This document shows, one piece after another, positions 47,740 to 57,627 of a stretch of DNA of 64,000 bases. Position 1 is the stretch's first letter, and each line of letters opens with the position of its first letter. Source of the DNA: Candidatus Heimdallarchaeota archaeon (GTDB lineage Archaea; Asgardarchaeota; Heimdallarchaeia; Heimdallarchaeales; Heimdallarchaeaceae); assembly GCA_016840095.1 (NCBI GenBank), contig JAEOSZ010000040.1, forward strand, positions 1 through 64,000, in the 5' to 3' direction. The position numbers and the translations under genes are program-made. Under the pieces are notes generated by a model that worked only from the letters and a program-made list of their open reading frames with translations, was not told the DNA's origin and ran no database searches.

Positions 47740-48231
47740 ATGGAAAACAAAAAACAAGGTAGACGACTACTACAAGCCTCTATAGTGGTTTCCTTGATAG
47801 GTTTCTTAGATGCACTTTATCTTTTCTATATGGAAATTACTGGAAAATTCCAATGTTTGATCAATAAGGGTGTTTTTCAATGTGAAACGGTGAATTCAAG
47901 TCCTTATGCTAAGTTTCTTGGTGTCCATGTAAGTCTGTGGGGAATGATCTTCTATATCTTGGTTATTGTTTTGCTATTTTTGTCACTGATTTCTAAGAAC
48001 GAATACTTCCTTAGTTTCTTTCTTCCAATTGCCTCTCTCTTCGGTTTGGGATTTTCTATTTATCTCACAATAGTAGAAATTTTCATAATTAAACTCGTTT
48101 GTGAATTTTGTCTACTCTCAGCAATTTGCTCAATAGTATTGATTGTTTTAATTATGCTTGCTAAATATATGAAACACTCTACAATTTTTGCTAAATTAGA
48201 TTTCTGGAACATTTTGAAAAAGAATCAGTAA
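47740..48231 (+). CDS. Vitamin K epoxide reductase (VKOR) family protein
   Basis: C....C..V.SSPYA.FLG, TM CEFC (CxxC). Confidence 0.9.
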   Translation: MENKKQGRRLLQASIVVSLIGFLDALYLFYMEITGKFQCLINKGVFQCETVNSSPYAKFLGVHVSLWGMIFYILVIVLLFLSLISKNEYFLSFFLPIASLFGLGFSIYLTIVEIFIIKLVCEFCLLSAICSIVLIVLIMLAKYMKHSTIFAKLDFWNILKKNQ

Positions 48232-48294
48232 AAATAAGTAATTAGACATGTATATAAATGACTGAACATTAAATATTTAAATCAGGAGTGTCAC

Positions 48295-50535
48295 TTGATG
48301 AGAACTAAATATAAAATCAGTTTTTTTATCGTCATAACACTTGTTTTTCTGACTCAGAATTTCAATTCAGAAATAGAAGCTTTGGATGAAGAAAACTTTA
48401 TCTTTGAAAAAGAATTTGAAGAAAGAATTTCAATGTTAGTTAATTCTCCTCCAATCAATATATTTTCAGATACAGACTTTGTTTCATTAGGTTTACCCGG
48501 AAATGGAAGTCAAGAAAATCCGTATAGAATAGAAAATTTACTTATTCAAGATTCATTTGGTTATGGAATTTATGTCAGTGGTGTATCTTCATACTTTGTT
48601 GTTCAAAACTGTGTAATTCGCAACTCTCTGTATGAAGGAATGATTATCAACAATATCCATTTTGGTAATGGAAATATCAGCAATAATCTTATTGAAGACT
48701 GTGGAAATGTTGGAATGTTAGTGATAAATACAGATGGAATTTTAGTTGAAGATAACATTTGTATCAACAATGAAATTGGAATTGAGATGCGTTACTCAGA
48801 CAATGGATATATTTTCAATAATACATGTGAAGAAAATAGAGAAAGTGGAATGTATTTGAGAAATGAGCTACAAACTTGTACATATGAGAATAACACCCTA
48901 ATTAACAATAACATTTATGGAATGGATTTTCTCCAGGCAAATGGCTCTTTTGTTTATAATAACTCATTCATCAACAATGGTCTTCATATCTCTGAACTTG
49001 TATTTGAGAATTATCTAAATTATGTAATTCTTGATAACACTTTAAATAATCAAAAAATCGGGTATTTCACAAATGATGATTCTGTTTCGCTTACTGATAC
49101 AGAATACGGTCAGATATTTTTATTCAATTGCTCAAATTTTCTGATTGAAAATCAAATATTCGAGAAATCATTATTCGGTATTTACTCATATGAAAGTAAT
49201 AATTGTACTTTCAGAAATAACACATTTGATAACAACTTAGCTCATGGAATTGATTTATATTACTCGAATGAAATTATAATTGACGCAAACACATTTTATA
49301 ACAATTCTAATGGACTGAATTTCATTGACACTTATGATATGATAATTTGTAATAACAGATTCTACAGTGATGGTTTGGTAATTGAGAGTGCAGATGTGGA
49401 GATGCTAGCTACTTTTGAGGTTACAAATAATACTGTGAATGATAAACCCTTAGGATTTTTCATTAATGAGCATAATCTAGATTTATCTAGTTCAGTTCAG
49501 TATGGAGAACTACTGATTCTAAACTCTACAAATATTCATGTTTCTAACCAAAATATATCTGATACACAAGCTGGTTTCATTATCGCTTTCTCCAATTCAT
49601 GTTCTCTTCAAGAATCAATATTTTCAAACATCATTACAGCTATTCTTGTTTATGGATGCAACGATATAACAATTTCAAATAATGTGATCGAAGAAAATTC
49701 CGATGGAATTATAGCACTATATGTTGACCACTTGGATATAAAGAACAATGTTATTTCAAATAACCTAGATGATGCTCTTGAAATACAGTATTGCACCCAA
49801 ATCCTTGTTGATAATAATACTTGTGAATATAATGCTCAGTGGGCTTTTATTTTCTTGTACAACTCTTTCTTGAATATAACCAATTCAATCATTCAGTATA
49901 ACACATTTGGGAATATCTTTGTGAGATTTACAGATAATTTACTGGTTTACAACACTACAAGTACTAATTCAGAATGGGGTATTTATCTTGCAGATATTAC
50001 AGATAGTGAGATTCGTGAATCAAAGATTAGAGATCATAACGTTGATGGGATTTATATGATAAATAGTTTGAATGTATATTTCTATGCAAACAATATCAGT
50101 GGTAGTTTCTTTGGAATAAAGGTAAAAATAACTGATTACTGTACTTTTACTCACAATACTATTCGAGATAATCACCAACGAGGAATCTCATTTGACGCTC
50201 AATGCGATCATAATCTTATTTATCAGAACTATTTCATTAATAATCAGCTAGATGATACAACAGGTAGATTGTCTTACGGATATGATGACGGCTATAATAA
50301 CACCTGGTACAATATAGCTACACAAACAGGAAATTGGTGGTCAAATATAGAAAGTTATGCTTACAGAATTGGCGGTTATGGATATTCAGTAGATATTTAT
50401 CCATTGAATCCAAAAGATCCCCCAACACCAACGAATACTCCAACTACAACAACTAATTTGACCTTTATTATTCCAACTATTTTTGGGTTTAGTATGATGG
50501 TCATTTTTAGATTAAGAAAACGATTGAGAATCTAA
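48295..50535 (+). CDS. Secreted parallel beta-helix (NosD-like) protein with C-terminal anchor
   Basis: GLPGNGSQENPYRIEN, PbH repeats, GNWWS...DIYPL, Thr/Pro linker, TM + RLRKRLR. Confidence 0.88.
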   Translation: MMRTKYKISFFIVITLVFLTQNFNSEIEALDEENFIFEKEFEERISMLVNSPPINIFSDTDFVSLGLPGNGSQENPYRIENLLIQDSFGYGIYVSGVSSYFVVQNCVIRNSLYEGMIINNIHFGNGNISNNLIEDCGNVGMLVINTDGILVEDNICINNEIGIEMRYSDNGYIFNNTCEENRESGMYLRNELQTCTYENNTLINNNIYGMDFLQANGSFVYNNSFINNGLHISELVFENYLNYVILDNTLNNQKIGYFTNDDSVSLTDTEYGQIFLFNCSNFLIENQIFEKSLFGIYSYESNNCTFRNNTFDNNLAHGIDLYYSNEIIIDANTFYNNSNGLNFIDTYDMIICNNRFYSDGLVIESADVEMLATFEVTNNTVNDKPLGFFINEHNLDLSSSVQYGELLILNSTNIHVSNQNISDTQAGFIIAFSNSCSLQESIFSNIITAILVYGCNDITISNNVIEENSDGIIALYVDHLDIKNNVISNNLDDALEIQYCTQILVDNNTCEYNAQWAFIFLYNSFLNITNSIIQYNTFGNIFVRFTDNLLVYNTTSTNSEWGIYLADITDSEIRESKIRDHNVDGIYMINSLNVYFYANNISGSFFGIKVKITDYCTFTHNTIRDNHQRGISFDAQCDHNLIYQNYFINNQLDDTTGRLSYGYDDGYNNTWYNIATQTGNWWSNIESYAYRIGGYGYSVDIYPLNPKDPPTPTNTPTTTTNLTFIIPTIFGFSMMVIFRLRKRLRI

Positions 50536-50601
50536 TAAAATTCTCTTTAATCCTCTTTTTTCTTAAACACATTTAAAAATATAAGATTTAATTTTACTTG
50601 A

Positions 50602-51993
50602 ATGACAGTCAATGATTCTGATTTTTCTGATTTAATTCGTAAAAACAGACTTGCTGGTTCAGCAAGTGAACTATCTCCAGAAAGAGCTGCAACACTTGGA
50701 GCAATCTTGGGAAGTTATCTTGGTGGAGAAGAAGCAGTTGTTGTCTCAGCAAGAGATTTCAGAAAAGATACAAGGATGATTAGCAGAGCTTTTAATGCAG
50801 GATTAATCAGTGTAGGAACTACTGTGTTTGAGCTTCATGCTTGTTCATTACCTGTCGTACAATTTGCAATAAGACGTTTCAGTGCTCATGCAGGAATCCA
50901 TCTTGCAGCAGCTCATAGAACATCAAATAAGATAAATGTAAGGATTTTTGATCAAACAGGAGTTGAAATTCCTTTCCATGACATTTTTTCAAAAAATAAG
51001 GTATCACAAATAAAAATCAGGAGATCTGAACCTCAGAAAATAGCTGATATTCTTTCAGTGAAACAAGCAAATGATCTTTATCGAGCAGCTATAGGTTCAG
51101 CTTTAGGAACAGAGATTCTCAAACAGCAGAATTATTCAGTAGTTGTTGACTGTGCTTTTGGACCAGTAGCAGAAGTTTTCCCAAATATACTTGCTGAGCA
51201 AGGGTGCAATGTTCTCACATTGAATTCGTTTAAACCTGAAGGAATACCTGAATCGTTACCCAGCCCTAATTCTCTGTCAATATTGTCTCGAACAACTGTA
51301 GCTGCTAATGCTGATTTAGGTATAGCATTTGATCCAAGTGGTTCAAGGGCAATTTACTTGGAAGAACATGGAAGAATAATTGATCCTTGTATAATAATCA
51401 AAATACTTTTGGAAAATAAAATGATAGGTAGACAGAAAGGAAAAGTTGTCCTATCTCATACTCTCTGGCCTCTAGAAGATTGGTTAAGTAAAAACAATAT
51501 TGAAGTAGTTTATTCTGGTGAATCTCCGGGAGAGCTCTCCAAAACTCTACAATTTAATAGAGCGATGTTTGGAGGTAATGAGCAAGGTAATTATATCCAT
51601 CCAACAATTTCGAATGAATCTGAACCCTTTGTTTCTACTTTGTTACTTCTTTCTTCCTTTGCCAGGGATGAGAAACATAAGTACTTCTCAACATTCGCAG
51701 AAGCTCATGATATTTGTAATAAAGAGATATTTGAGGAAAAATCGTATTCTCTTGTAGCTAACCCAGAATTGTTCTTAAAAAAGATTTATGAAATGGATGA
51801 GCAAAATAAAATTATAAACACTTTGAACGGTGTGAAAATCATTCACGAAGATAGACAATGGAGTCATATCTTTAGCACAATAATTCCAAGTAGAATAACA
51901 ATTCGAGTTTGTGCTGAGAACAGTGATGATAGAGAAAGAATAGTGAATGAAACTTATCAAATGGTCGAAACACTAGATGGTGAGCTGTCTTGA
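50602..51993 (+). CDS. Phosphohexomutase (PMM/PGM)-like protein with degenerate active site
   Basis: Overall PMM layout (ARDFR, VVVDCAFG, ADLGIAFD) but AAAHRT in place of TASHNP and FDPSGSR in place of FDGDxDR. Confidence 0.82.
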   Translation: MTVNDSDFSDLIRKNRLAGSASELSPERAATLGAILGSYLGGEEAVVVSARDFRKDTRMISRAFNAGLISVGTTVFELHACSLPVVQFAIRRFSAHAGIHLAAAHRTSNKINVRIFDQTGVEIPFHDIFSKNKVSQIKIRRSEPQKIADILSVKQANDLYRAAIGSALGTEILKQQNYSVVVDCAFGPVAEVFPNILAEQGCNVLTLNSFKPEGIPESLPSPNSLSILSRTTVAANADLGIAFDPSGSRAIYLEEHGRIIDPCIIIKILLENKMIGRQKGKVVLSHTLWPLEDWLSKNNIEVVYSGESPGELSKTLQFNRAMFGGNEQGNYIHPTISNESEPFVSTLLLLSSFARDEKHKYFSTFAEAHDICNKEIFEEKSYSLVANPELFLKKIYEMDEQNKIINTLNGVKIIHEDRQWSHIFSTIIPSRITIRVCAENSDDRERIVNETYQMVETLDGELS

Positions 51994-52142
51994 AGAGAAC
52001 TGTGGATGAAAAAAAGGATGAAGCTGATAAATTCAATGTCTGTTTGAAATGTGCTAGACCTATAGCAAAAAAAGAAAAATTTTGTATGAGCTGTGGAATT
52101 GTGCTCAATATCCGTCAGCATTATCCACATAATCTTTTGTGA
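51990..52142 (+). CDS. Small zinc-ribbon protein (50 aa; not in ORF track)
   Basis: TTG start overlapping upstream TGA; ..NVCLKCARPIAKKEKFCMSCG.. Confidence 0.65.
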   Translation: MKRTVDEKKDEADKFNVCLKCARPIAKKEKFCMSCGIVLNIRQHYPHNLL

Positions 52143-52203
52143 GCTACTAAAAATTAGTCGAGATTCAAAAAAATTAAAGAATGAGTAATATTAGCATCTC
52201 TTA

Positions 52204-53928
52204 ATGACCAAAGGATATCTCAATTTCGTTTTGCATGGACATTTACCATGGGTATTGGAAGCAGGAACATGGCCTCATGGAGAAGTCTGGTTACATGAAG
52301 CTGCAGCTGAAACATACACTCCTACTCTATCTATGTTAACTGACCTTTCTGAAAAAGAAGGTTTTACTAACATGTTAACTGTTGGTTTGACACCAGTTTT
52401 AAGTGAACAACTCGCTCATCCAAGTTTTAAAGCAGGTTTTGTTGAGTATCTTGATAACAGAATAGATGCTAGTTATAAAGATAAAGATCACTTTAACTGG
52501 GTTGGAGAAACAGACACTGCACATCTTGCAGAAAGATGGGCTAATTTTTATTCTTCGATTAAACAGCAATTTAATGAGAGATTTAATCAAGATCTTTTAG
52601 AAGGTTATAAAAATCTCCAAGATAAAGGAGCAATTGAGATTATTACTTGCGGACTAACTCATGGATATCTTCCTTTACTCGGAAAAGAAGAAACTGTAAG
52701 TGCTCAAATAAAAGGTGGTCAAAGTATCTATAAGCACAGATTTGGAGGAAATGATTCTCAAGGAATTTGGTTACCTGAATTAGCTTATAGACCAGGGTAT
52801 AAATGGAAAAATCCAGTTACTGGAGAGGAAATAGATAGAAAAGGTGTAGATTATTATCTACAGAAAAACAATATTGAATATTTCATTGTTGATACACCTT
52901 TGTTGAAAGGTGGGAAAGGTATAGGAGCTTATCTAGATAGGTTTGATGCTTTGAAACTACTATGGAATCAATTTGAAAAAGAAAAACCAGAGATAGAAGG
53001 TTCAGATCTCACTCCTTACAGACCTTACAAAGTTAAAGATTCAAAAGATTATGATAAAGAAGTAACCTTTTTCACAAGAGATAGCAAAACAGGAATTTTA
53101 GTCTGGTCTGGTGACATTGGTTTTCCAGGTGATGAATACTATCTTGAGTTTCATAAGAAGCATTTTCCAAGTGGAAACAGGTATTGGAGATTAACAGGAA
53201 AAGATGTAGATTTAGGAGAAAAAGAACTCTATAATGATCTAAAAACAATTGAAAGACTAGATGAAAACTCTGAATACTTCTTCAAAATTGTAAAAGAATC
53301 TTTGCTAGAAAATTATTCAAATAACAAGAAGCCAGGTATAGTACTAAGTCCATATGATTTCGAATTACTAGGACACTGGTGGTTTGAAGGTATTGGTTTT
53401 CTAGAAAGAGTTATCAAGCATGTAAAGAATGATGATGAAATTGAAACTACTACTAGCAAGAAATATCTTGAAATGTATCCTCCAGACAAGAAAACATATG
53501 TTTCTTTACCAGAAGGATCTTGGGGTGAAGGTAATTTCCATTGGATATGGTTAAATGACAATACAACTTGGTGCTGGAAGTATATCTATGAAACTGAAAA
53601 ATTATATTTAGAAGCAATTGAAGAATTTAAAGCTACAAATTACAAGGATTTTGGAACAGCTAAGAGGTTGATCAATCAACTTGGTAGAGAACTCTTCTTA
53701 CTGTCTTCTTCTGACTGGGAATTTCTAATATCCACTTGGGCAGCTAGAGATTATGCTGAGCATAGAGTAACAACTCACTATGAAAATTTCAAGAAGTTAC
53801 TTGTTTTGTTCAAAAAATGCAATATTGAATCAATTTCAGATTCTGAATATAAATTGTTAGAAAAGATAGAAAAGGAAGATAGTATCGCTTGGGAACAAGA
53901 TGTTTACAAGTGGTTCGAACTACCTTAA
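52204..53928 (+). CDS. GH57 1,4-alpha-glucan branching enzyme (with DUF1957-type C-terminus)
   Basis: HGHLPWV, THGYLPL, WLPELAY, PYDFELLGHWWFEG, SSDWEF. Confidence 0.92.
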   Translation: MTKGYLNFVLHGHLPWVLEAGTWPHGEVWLHEAAAETYTPTLSMLTDLSEKEGFTNMLTVGLTPVLSEQLAHPSFKAGFVEYLDNRIDASYKDKDHFNWVGETDTAHLAERWANFYSSIKQQFNERFNQDLLEGYKNLQDKGAIEIITCGLTHGYLPLLGKEETVSAQIKGGQSIYKHRFGGNDSQGIWLPELAYRPGYKWKNPVTGEEIDRKGVDYYLQKNNIEYFIVDTPLLKGGKGIGAYLDRFDALKLLWNQFEKEKPEIEGSDLTPYRPYKVKDSKDYDKEVTFFTRDSKTGILVWSGDIGFPGDEYYLEFHKKHFPSGNRYWRLTGKDVDLGEKELYNDLKTIERLDENSEYFFKIVKESLLENYSNNKKPGIVLSPYDFELLGHWWFEGIGFLERVIKHVKNDDEIETTTSKKYLEMYPPDKKTYVSLPEGSWGEGNFHWIWLNDNTTWCWKYIYETEKLYLEAIEEFKATNYKDFGTAKRLINQLGRELFLLSSSDWEFLISTWAARDYAEHRVTTHYENFKKLLVLFKKCNIESISDSEYKLLEKIEKEDSIAWEQDVYKWFELP

Positions 53929-54156
53929 TACTCTTTCTTTCTCATTCTTAGTGTAAACCTTGTTAGTTTGTTTGAAATTCAAGAAAATCCGACTAATTGA
54001 TCAATAGATTACATATTTTTTAATGCTTTCTAGTTAGAAAGAGAATACATATTAATTAAGAATAGACAGATTAAAGATGAATTTAAGCTACTAAAAAGAC
54101 CAATAAAATTGCGAATACCAATACCGTTATTATGATGTTTCTCTAATCAGTTTATT

Positions 54157-54783
54157 ATGTCTCGCAAGAAGAAAATCTTCGTCATTGTATTCAGTATATT
54201 CTTTGCAATTGCTGCAAGTTTTGGAGGTTTTGTTCTATACAAATTATGGCCTGCTACTTTGGAAAGAGGTCCTCCCAGTATGGATTTTCCAATTCAAGAT
54301 CCAGATGTCATACACATTCTTGGAGGTTATGGTTATGTTCCGTGGGGTATAGATACTCACAATGGCATTGATTATGGGTGTAATGCTTCTGTTTACATTG
54401 TTGCTTGGTGTGACTTACGTGTAACTGGATTGAAAACTTGGTTTAATGATGGTGGAGGGCACTGGCAGACAAATGTTGGTCTTTCATATAATTGGAAATA
54501 CACTTTCGATTGTGTCTTTGAATCATGGGCACTAAACGAGACTTATGGAAATCTCCAACGAGCTGATATTTATGTAAAAGTTGGTCAAAAAATTTCAAGA
54601 GGAGACATCATTGGTAAACTACTTTATCATGGTGAAGGTACTCATATTCATTTTGGAATGAAAGAAAGTGGAAATGATGTTTGCCCGTACTTATTCCTCT
54701 CTCCATCTGCTAAGCTTCAATTCGATTCCTTGTGGATTAATTATGGTTCATGTCCAATTGTATGTAATACCACACTTAGCTAA
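54157..54783 (+). CDS. M23-family metallopeptidase-like protein, N-terminal membrane anchor
   Basis: THNGIDY (HxxxD), VKVGQKISRGD.IG, THIHF (HxH), CP..FL. Confidence 0.75.
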   Translation: MSRKKKIFVIVFSIFFAIAASFGGFVLYKLWPATLERGPPSMDFPIQDPDVIHILGGYGYVPWGIDTHNGIDYGCNASVYIVAWCDLRVTGLKTWFNDGGGHWQTNVGLSYNWKYTFDCVFESWALNETYGNLQRADIYVKVGQKISRGDIIGKLLYHGEGTHIHFGMKESGNDVCPYLFLSPSAKLQFDSLWINYGSCPIVCNTTLS

Positions 54784-54994
54784 CATTAAATGTAATTTAT
54801 ACTATTAAACTGGGAATTGATTTTATTCTTATTAAAACCATCCTTAAACACCTTTAACATCTAAAGACAACCCTAGTTTAGATAACTTATATATTGTCGA
54901 AACTTTTCCTTATATCCTTCATCAGTACGAAAAAGGAAGATAGTATTGCTTGGGAGCAAGATGTCTATAAATGGTTCGAGCACTAATTTTAAAC

Positions 54995-56461
54995 TTACAT
55001 CTTGATCTTCTTTATTTTTGCTTTTAGATAGACCTTTTGCCATTGTTTAGCTGCATTGTTCCAAGAGAAATCTTTGTTCATAATATTTTTCTGAAGTTTA
55101 ACAAATTTAGCTTTATCTTTTTTGTAAAGATTAACTGCTCTTTCAATTGCATCAAACATATCATCAGCATTTATCCTATCAAACACAAACCCAGAACCTT
55201 CTCCTGTTTCCTCATTATAATTCTGAACTGTATCTGATAAACCACCTGTATTTCTTACAATTGGTACAGTTCCATAAAGCATTGAATAAAGTTGGTTTAA
55301 ACCACAAGGTTCGTATCTACTTGGCATTAGGAAGAAGTCTGCTCCTGCTTCGATTTGGTGAGCTAATCTATTATCAAATTCAATGTTGATTGAACAATCT
55401 TGACTATATTTCTTTTCTCTGTTTTTGAAATTCTTTTCGATTTTGGAATCACCAGTACCTAAAAGAACAAACTGCACACCTAAATCCATAATTTTCTTGA
55501 ATTTCTTCGAAACTAAATCCAATCCTTTTTGAGTAGCTAATCTAGAAATTATTCCTATCATTGGTTTATCTGAAACATCTAGATTGAGTTTATCTTGTAA
55601 ATAGTTTTTACATTCTTCTTTTCCTTTCAAACTCCTTGAATCATAATTTTTTGGAATTAACTCATCTGTTTTAGGATTCCACTCAGTTAGGTCTATTCCA
55701 TGAACAATACCATAAAGATCATCCTTTCTTGTCTTAATTACCTTCTCTAATCCATAGCCAAATTGCTTGGTTTGAATTTCTTCTGCATATTTAGAACTTA
55801 CTGTAGTCAGAACATCTGTATAAACTATTCCAGCTTTCATGAAATTAAAGACACCATGAAATCCTAGAAGATCATCATTAAGATAGATTTCTGGAATATT
55901 TGCGTCTTTAATTGTTTCAAATCCATACACGCCTTGGTAACCAATGTTGTGAATAGTGAAAACTGACTTTGCATCCTTGAATAATTCATGTTCTTTGTAA
56001 TCAGTTTTTAGGAAGAATGGAAGTAATCCTGAATGCCAATCATTTACATGAAATATGTCAACAGGTGCTTCAATAAGTTCTAAAGCTGTGAAAATTGATT
56101 TCACAAAACTAATGAATCTAATTGGGCTATCTGGGTAATCTTCACCATCTTCTCCAACATAAATGCCTTTTCTATACAAGTAAGCATTTTTGATGAAATA
56201 AACAGGAATTGTACTATCTGGGTGAATAGTTTCGTACAAATCAAAAATAACTTCTGATTCATTTCCTATCGGTGCTAAAAGATCTTTTTTTACCAGTTTG
56301 ATATCATGTTTTTTAACATCTACACTTTTGTAGAGAGGTGTAAATATGATTACTTTGTGCCCTAATTTTTCCATTGCTTTTGGAATAGCAGATGAAACAT
56401 CTCCTAAACCACCAGTTTTTGAGTAAGGTACAACTTCAGCAGATACAAATACTATCTTCAT
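54995..56461 (-). CDS. glgA: Glycogen synthase (GT5)
   Basis: KTGGLGDV, HVNDWH, TIHNIGYQG, ISRLATQKG, PSRYEPCGL. Confidence 0.95.
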   Translation of the reverse strand: MKIVFVSAEVVPYSKTGGLGDVSSAIPKAMEKLGHKVIIFTPLYKSVDVKKHDIKLVKKDLLAPIGNESEVIFDLYETIHPDSTIPVYFIKNAYLYRKGIYVGEDGEDYPDSPIRFISFVKSIFTALELIEAPVDIFHVNDWHSGLLPFFLKTDYKEHELFKDAKSVFTIHNIGYQGVYGFETIKDANIPEIYLNDDLLGFHGVFNFMKAGIVYTDVLTTVSSKYAEEIQTKQFGYGLEKVIKTRKDDLYGIVHGIDLTEWNPKTDELIPKNYDSRSLKGKEECKNYLQDKLNLDVSDKPMIGIISRLATQKGLDLVSKKFKKIMDLGVQFVLLGTGDSKIEKNFKNREKKYSQDCSINIEFDNRLAHQIEAGADFFLMPSRYEPCGLNQLYSMLYGTVPIVRNTGGLSDTVQNYNEETGEGSGFVFDRINADDMFDAIERAVNLYKKDKAKFVKLQKNIMNKDFSWNNAAKQWQKVYLKAKIKKIKM

Positions 56462-57606
56462 TTCTGTTCCTCTATTTTAGATACTATATCTATTATCCTT
56501 TTAATTATGTCGTTTGATAGATTAAAAATTATTTGTTGCGAATCTTCAGATAAATCTTCTATCATCTTACCTAAAGCATTTCGTTGGTATTTCAAACCTG
56601 TATGAATTAACTCTTGACTCCAGCTGTATCTAGAAGCCCACCAAAATTGACAAGAATACTGAGCAGCATGATATTCATCCAGCCAGTCTCCAGTGGTCAA
56701 ATATTGTTTTATCTGGTCTAATAACCGGATATGAGTGTGTTGTAGCTGATGTATTGGGTTTCTAGAATCATCCCAAAGAGGATATGGAATACTCTCTTTA
56801 AGATCTTCCTCGGAAGTTGACCAGGATGTAGGAGTTATATCTGTTATCACTCTAGTTATAGGATAATTTGCTGCACATTTGGATAATGTGAGTGTATCAA
56901 CCACAGCTGCTAATCCAAAGAAAAATTCAAAATAGTCTTCATGGTGTTCTCCGAAAGTTTCTAAATCCATAGCTAAAACTATAGGGTAATTCCTCATCTT
57001 AAATTTAATCTGAAGTTCTCTAAGACCTAATGATACATCTCTTTTGAAGTGATCAAATGAAATTTTGTTACTAATTTCTTTATCTCGTTTGATTGTTAGA
57101 ATGGACTTTCCATTTTCTAGAAAATAATTTCCGCCAACTAATTGGTAATAACTATTATCTGGGACAACCATAATTTCATACTTTTTCTCTATAATTTGAG
57201 GAATAATATCTTTTGAGATTGCTAGTTCTGGGGGAAAGAAAACTCTGGTATTTAATCCTAATATATTCTGAATGAATTCTTTCTGTTTTCCTATTTGGTA
57301 TTTCTGATTATCAATAGAAATCAAAGGTAAAAGAGGATGATAAAATGCTGATCCCATCAACTCAATTTGTCCAGTCAAAATCGCTTTTTCAATTAATGTT
57401 AAAACATCTGGGTAATCAACAGCTAATTTCTCTAATAAGCAACCTGAGATGTTCAGTGTGATTCTAATATTTTTATTGTTTAACAAGTTTTCAAAAAATG
57501 GAATGTAACAATTAGTAATGATTCTTTCAAGAATCTCTCTTTTCTGAGTTATAGGTTGGTAAGCATGTAGAATAAAGACTACTGGAACAGATCCTCTGAT
57601 TGCCAT
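56458..57606 (-). CDS. GH57 glycoside hydrolase (alpha-amylase/amylopullulanase-like)
   Basis: HAYQP, YHPLLPL, FFPPELA, MDLETFGEH. Confidence 0.88.
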   Translation of the reverse strand: MAIRGSVPVVFILHAYQPITQKREILERIITNCYIPFFENLLNNKNIRITLNISGCLLEKLAVDYPDVLTLIEKAILTGQIELMGSAFYHPLLPLISIDNQKYQIGKQKEFIQNILGLNTRVFFPPELAISKDIIPQIIEKKYEIMVVPDNSYYQLVGGNYFLENGKSILTIKRDKEISNKISFDHFKRDVSLGLRELQIKFKMRNYPIVLAMDLETFGEHHEDYFEFFFGLAAVVDTLTLSKCAANYPITRVITDITPTSWSTSEEDLKESIPYPLWDDSRNPIHQLQHTHIRLLDQIKQYLTTGDWLDEYHAAQYSCQFWWASRYSWSQELIHTGLKYQRNALGKMIEDLSEDSQQIIFNLSNDIIKRIIDIVSKIEEQK

Positions 57607-57627
57607 TACTATTCCCCAATATTTGGC

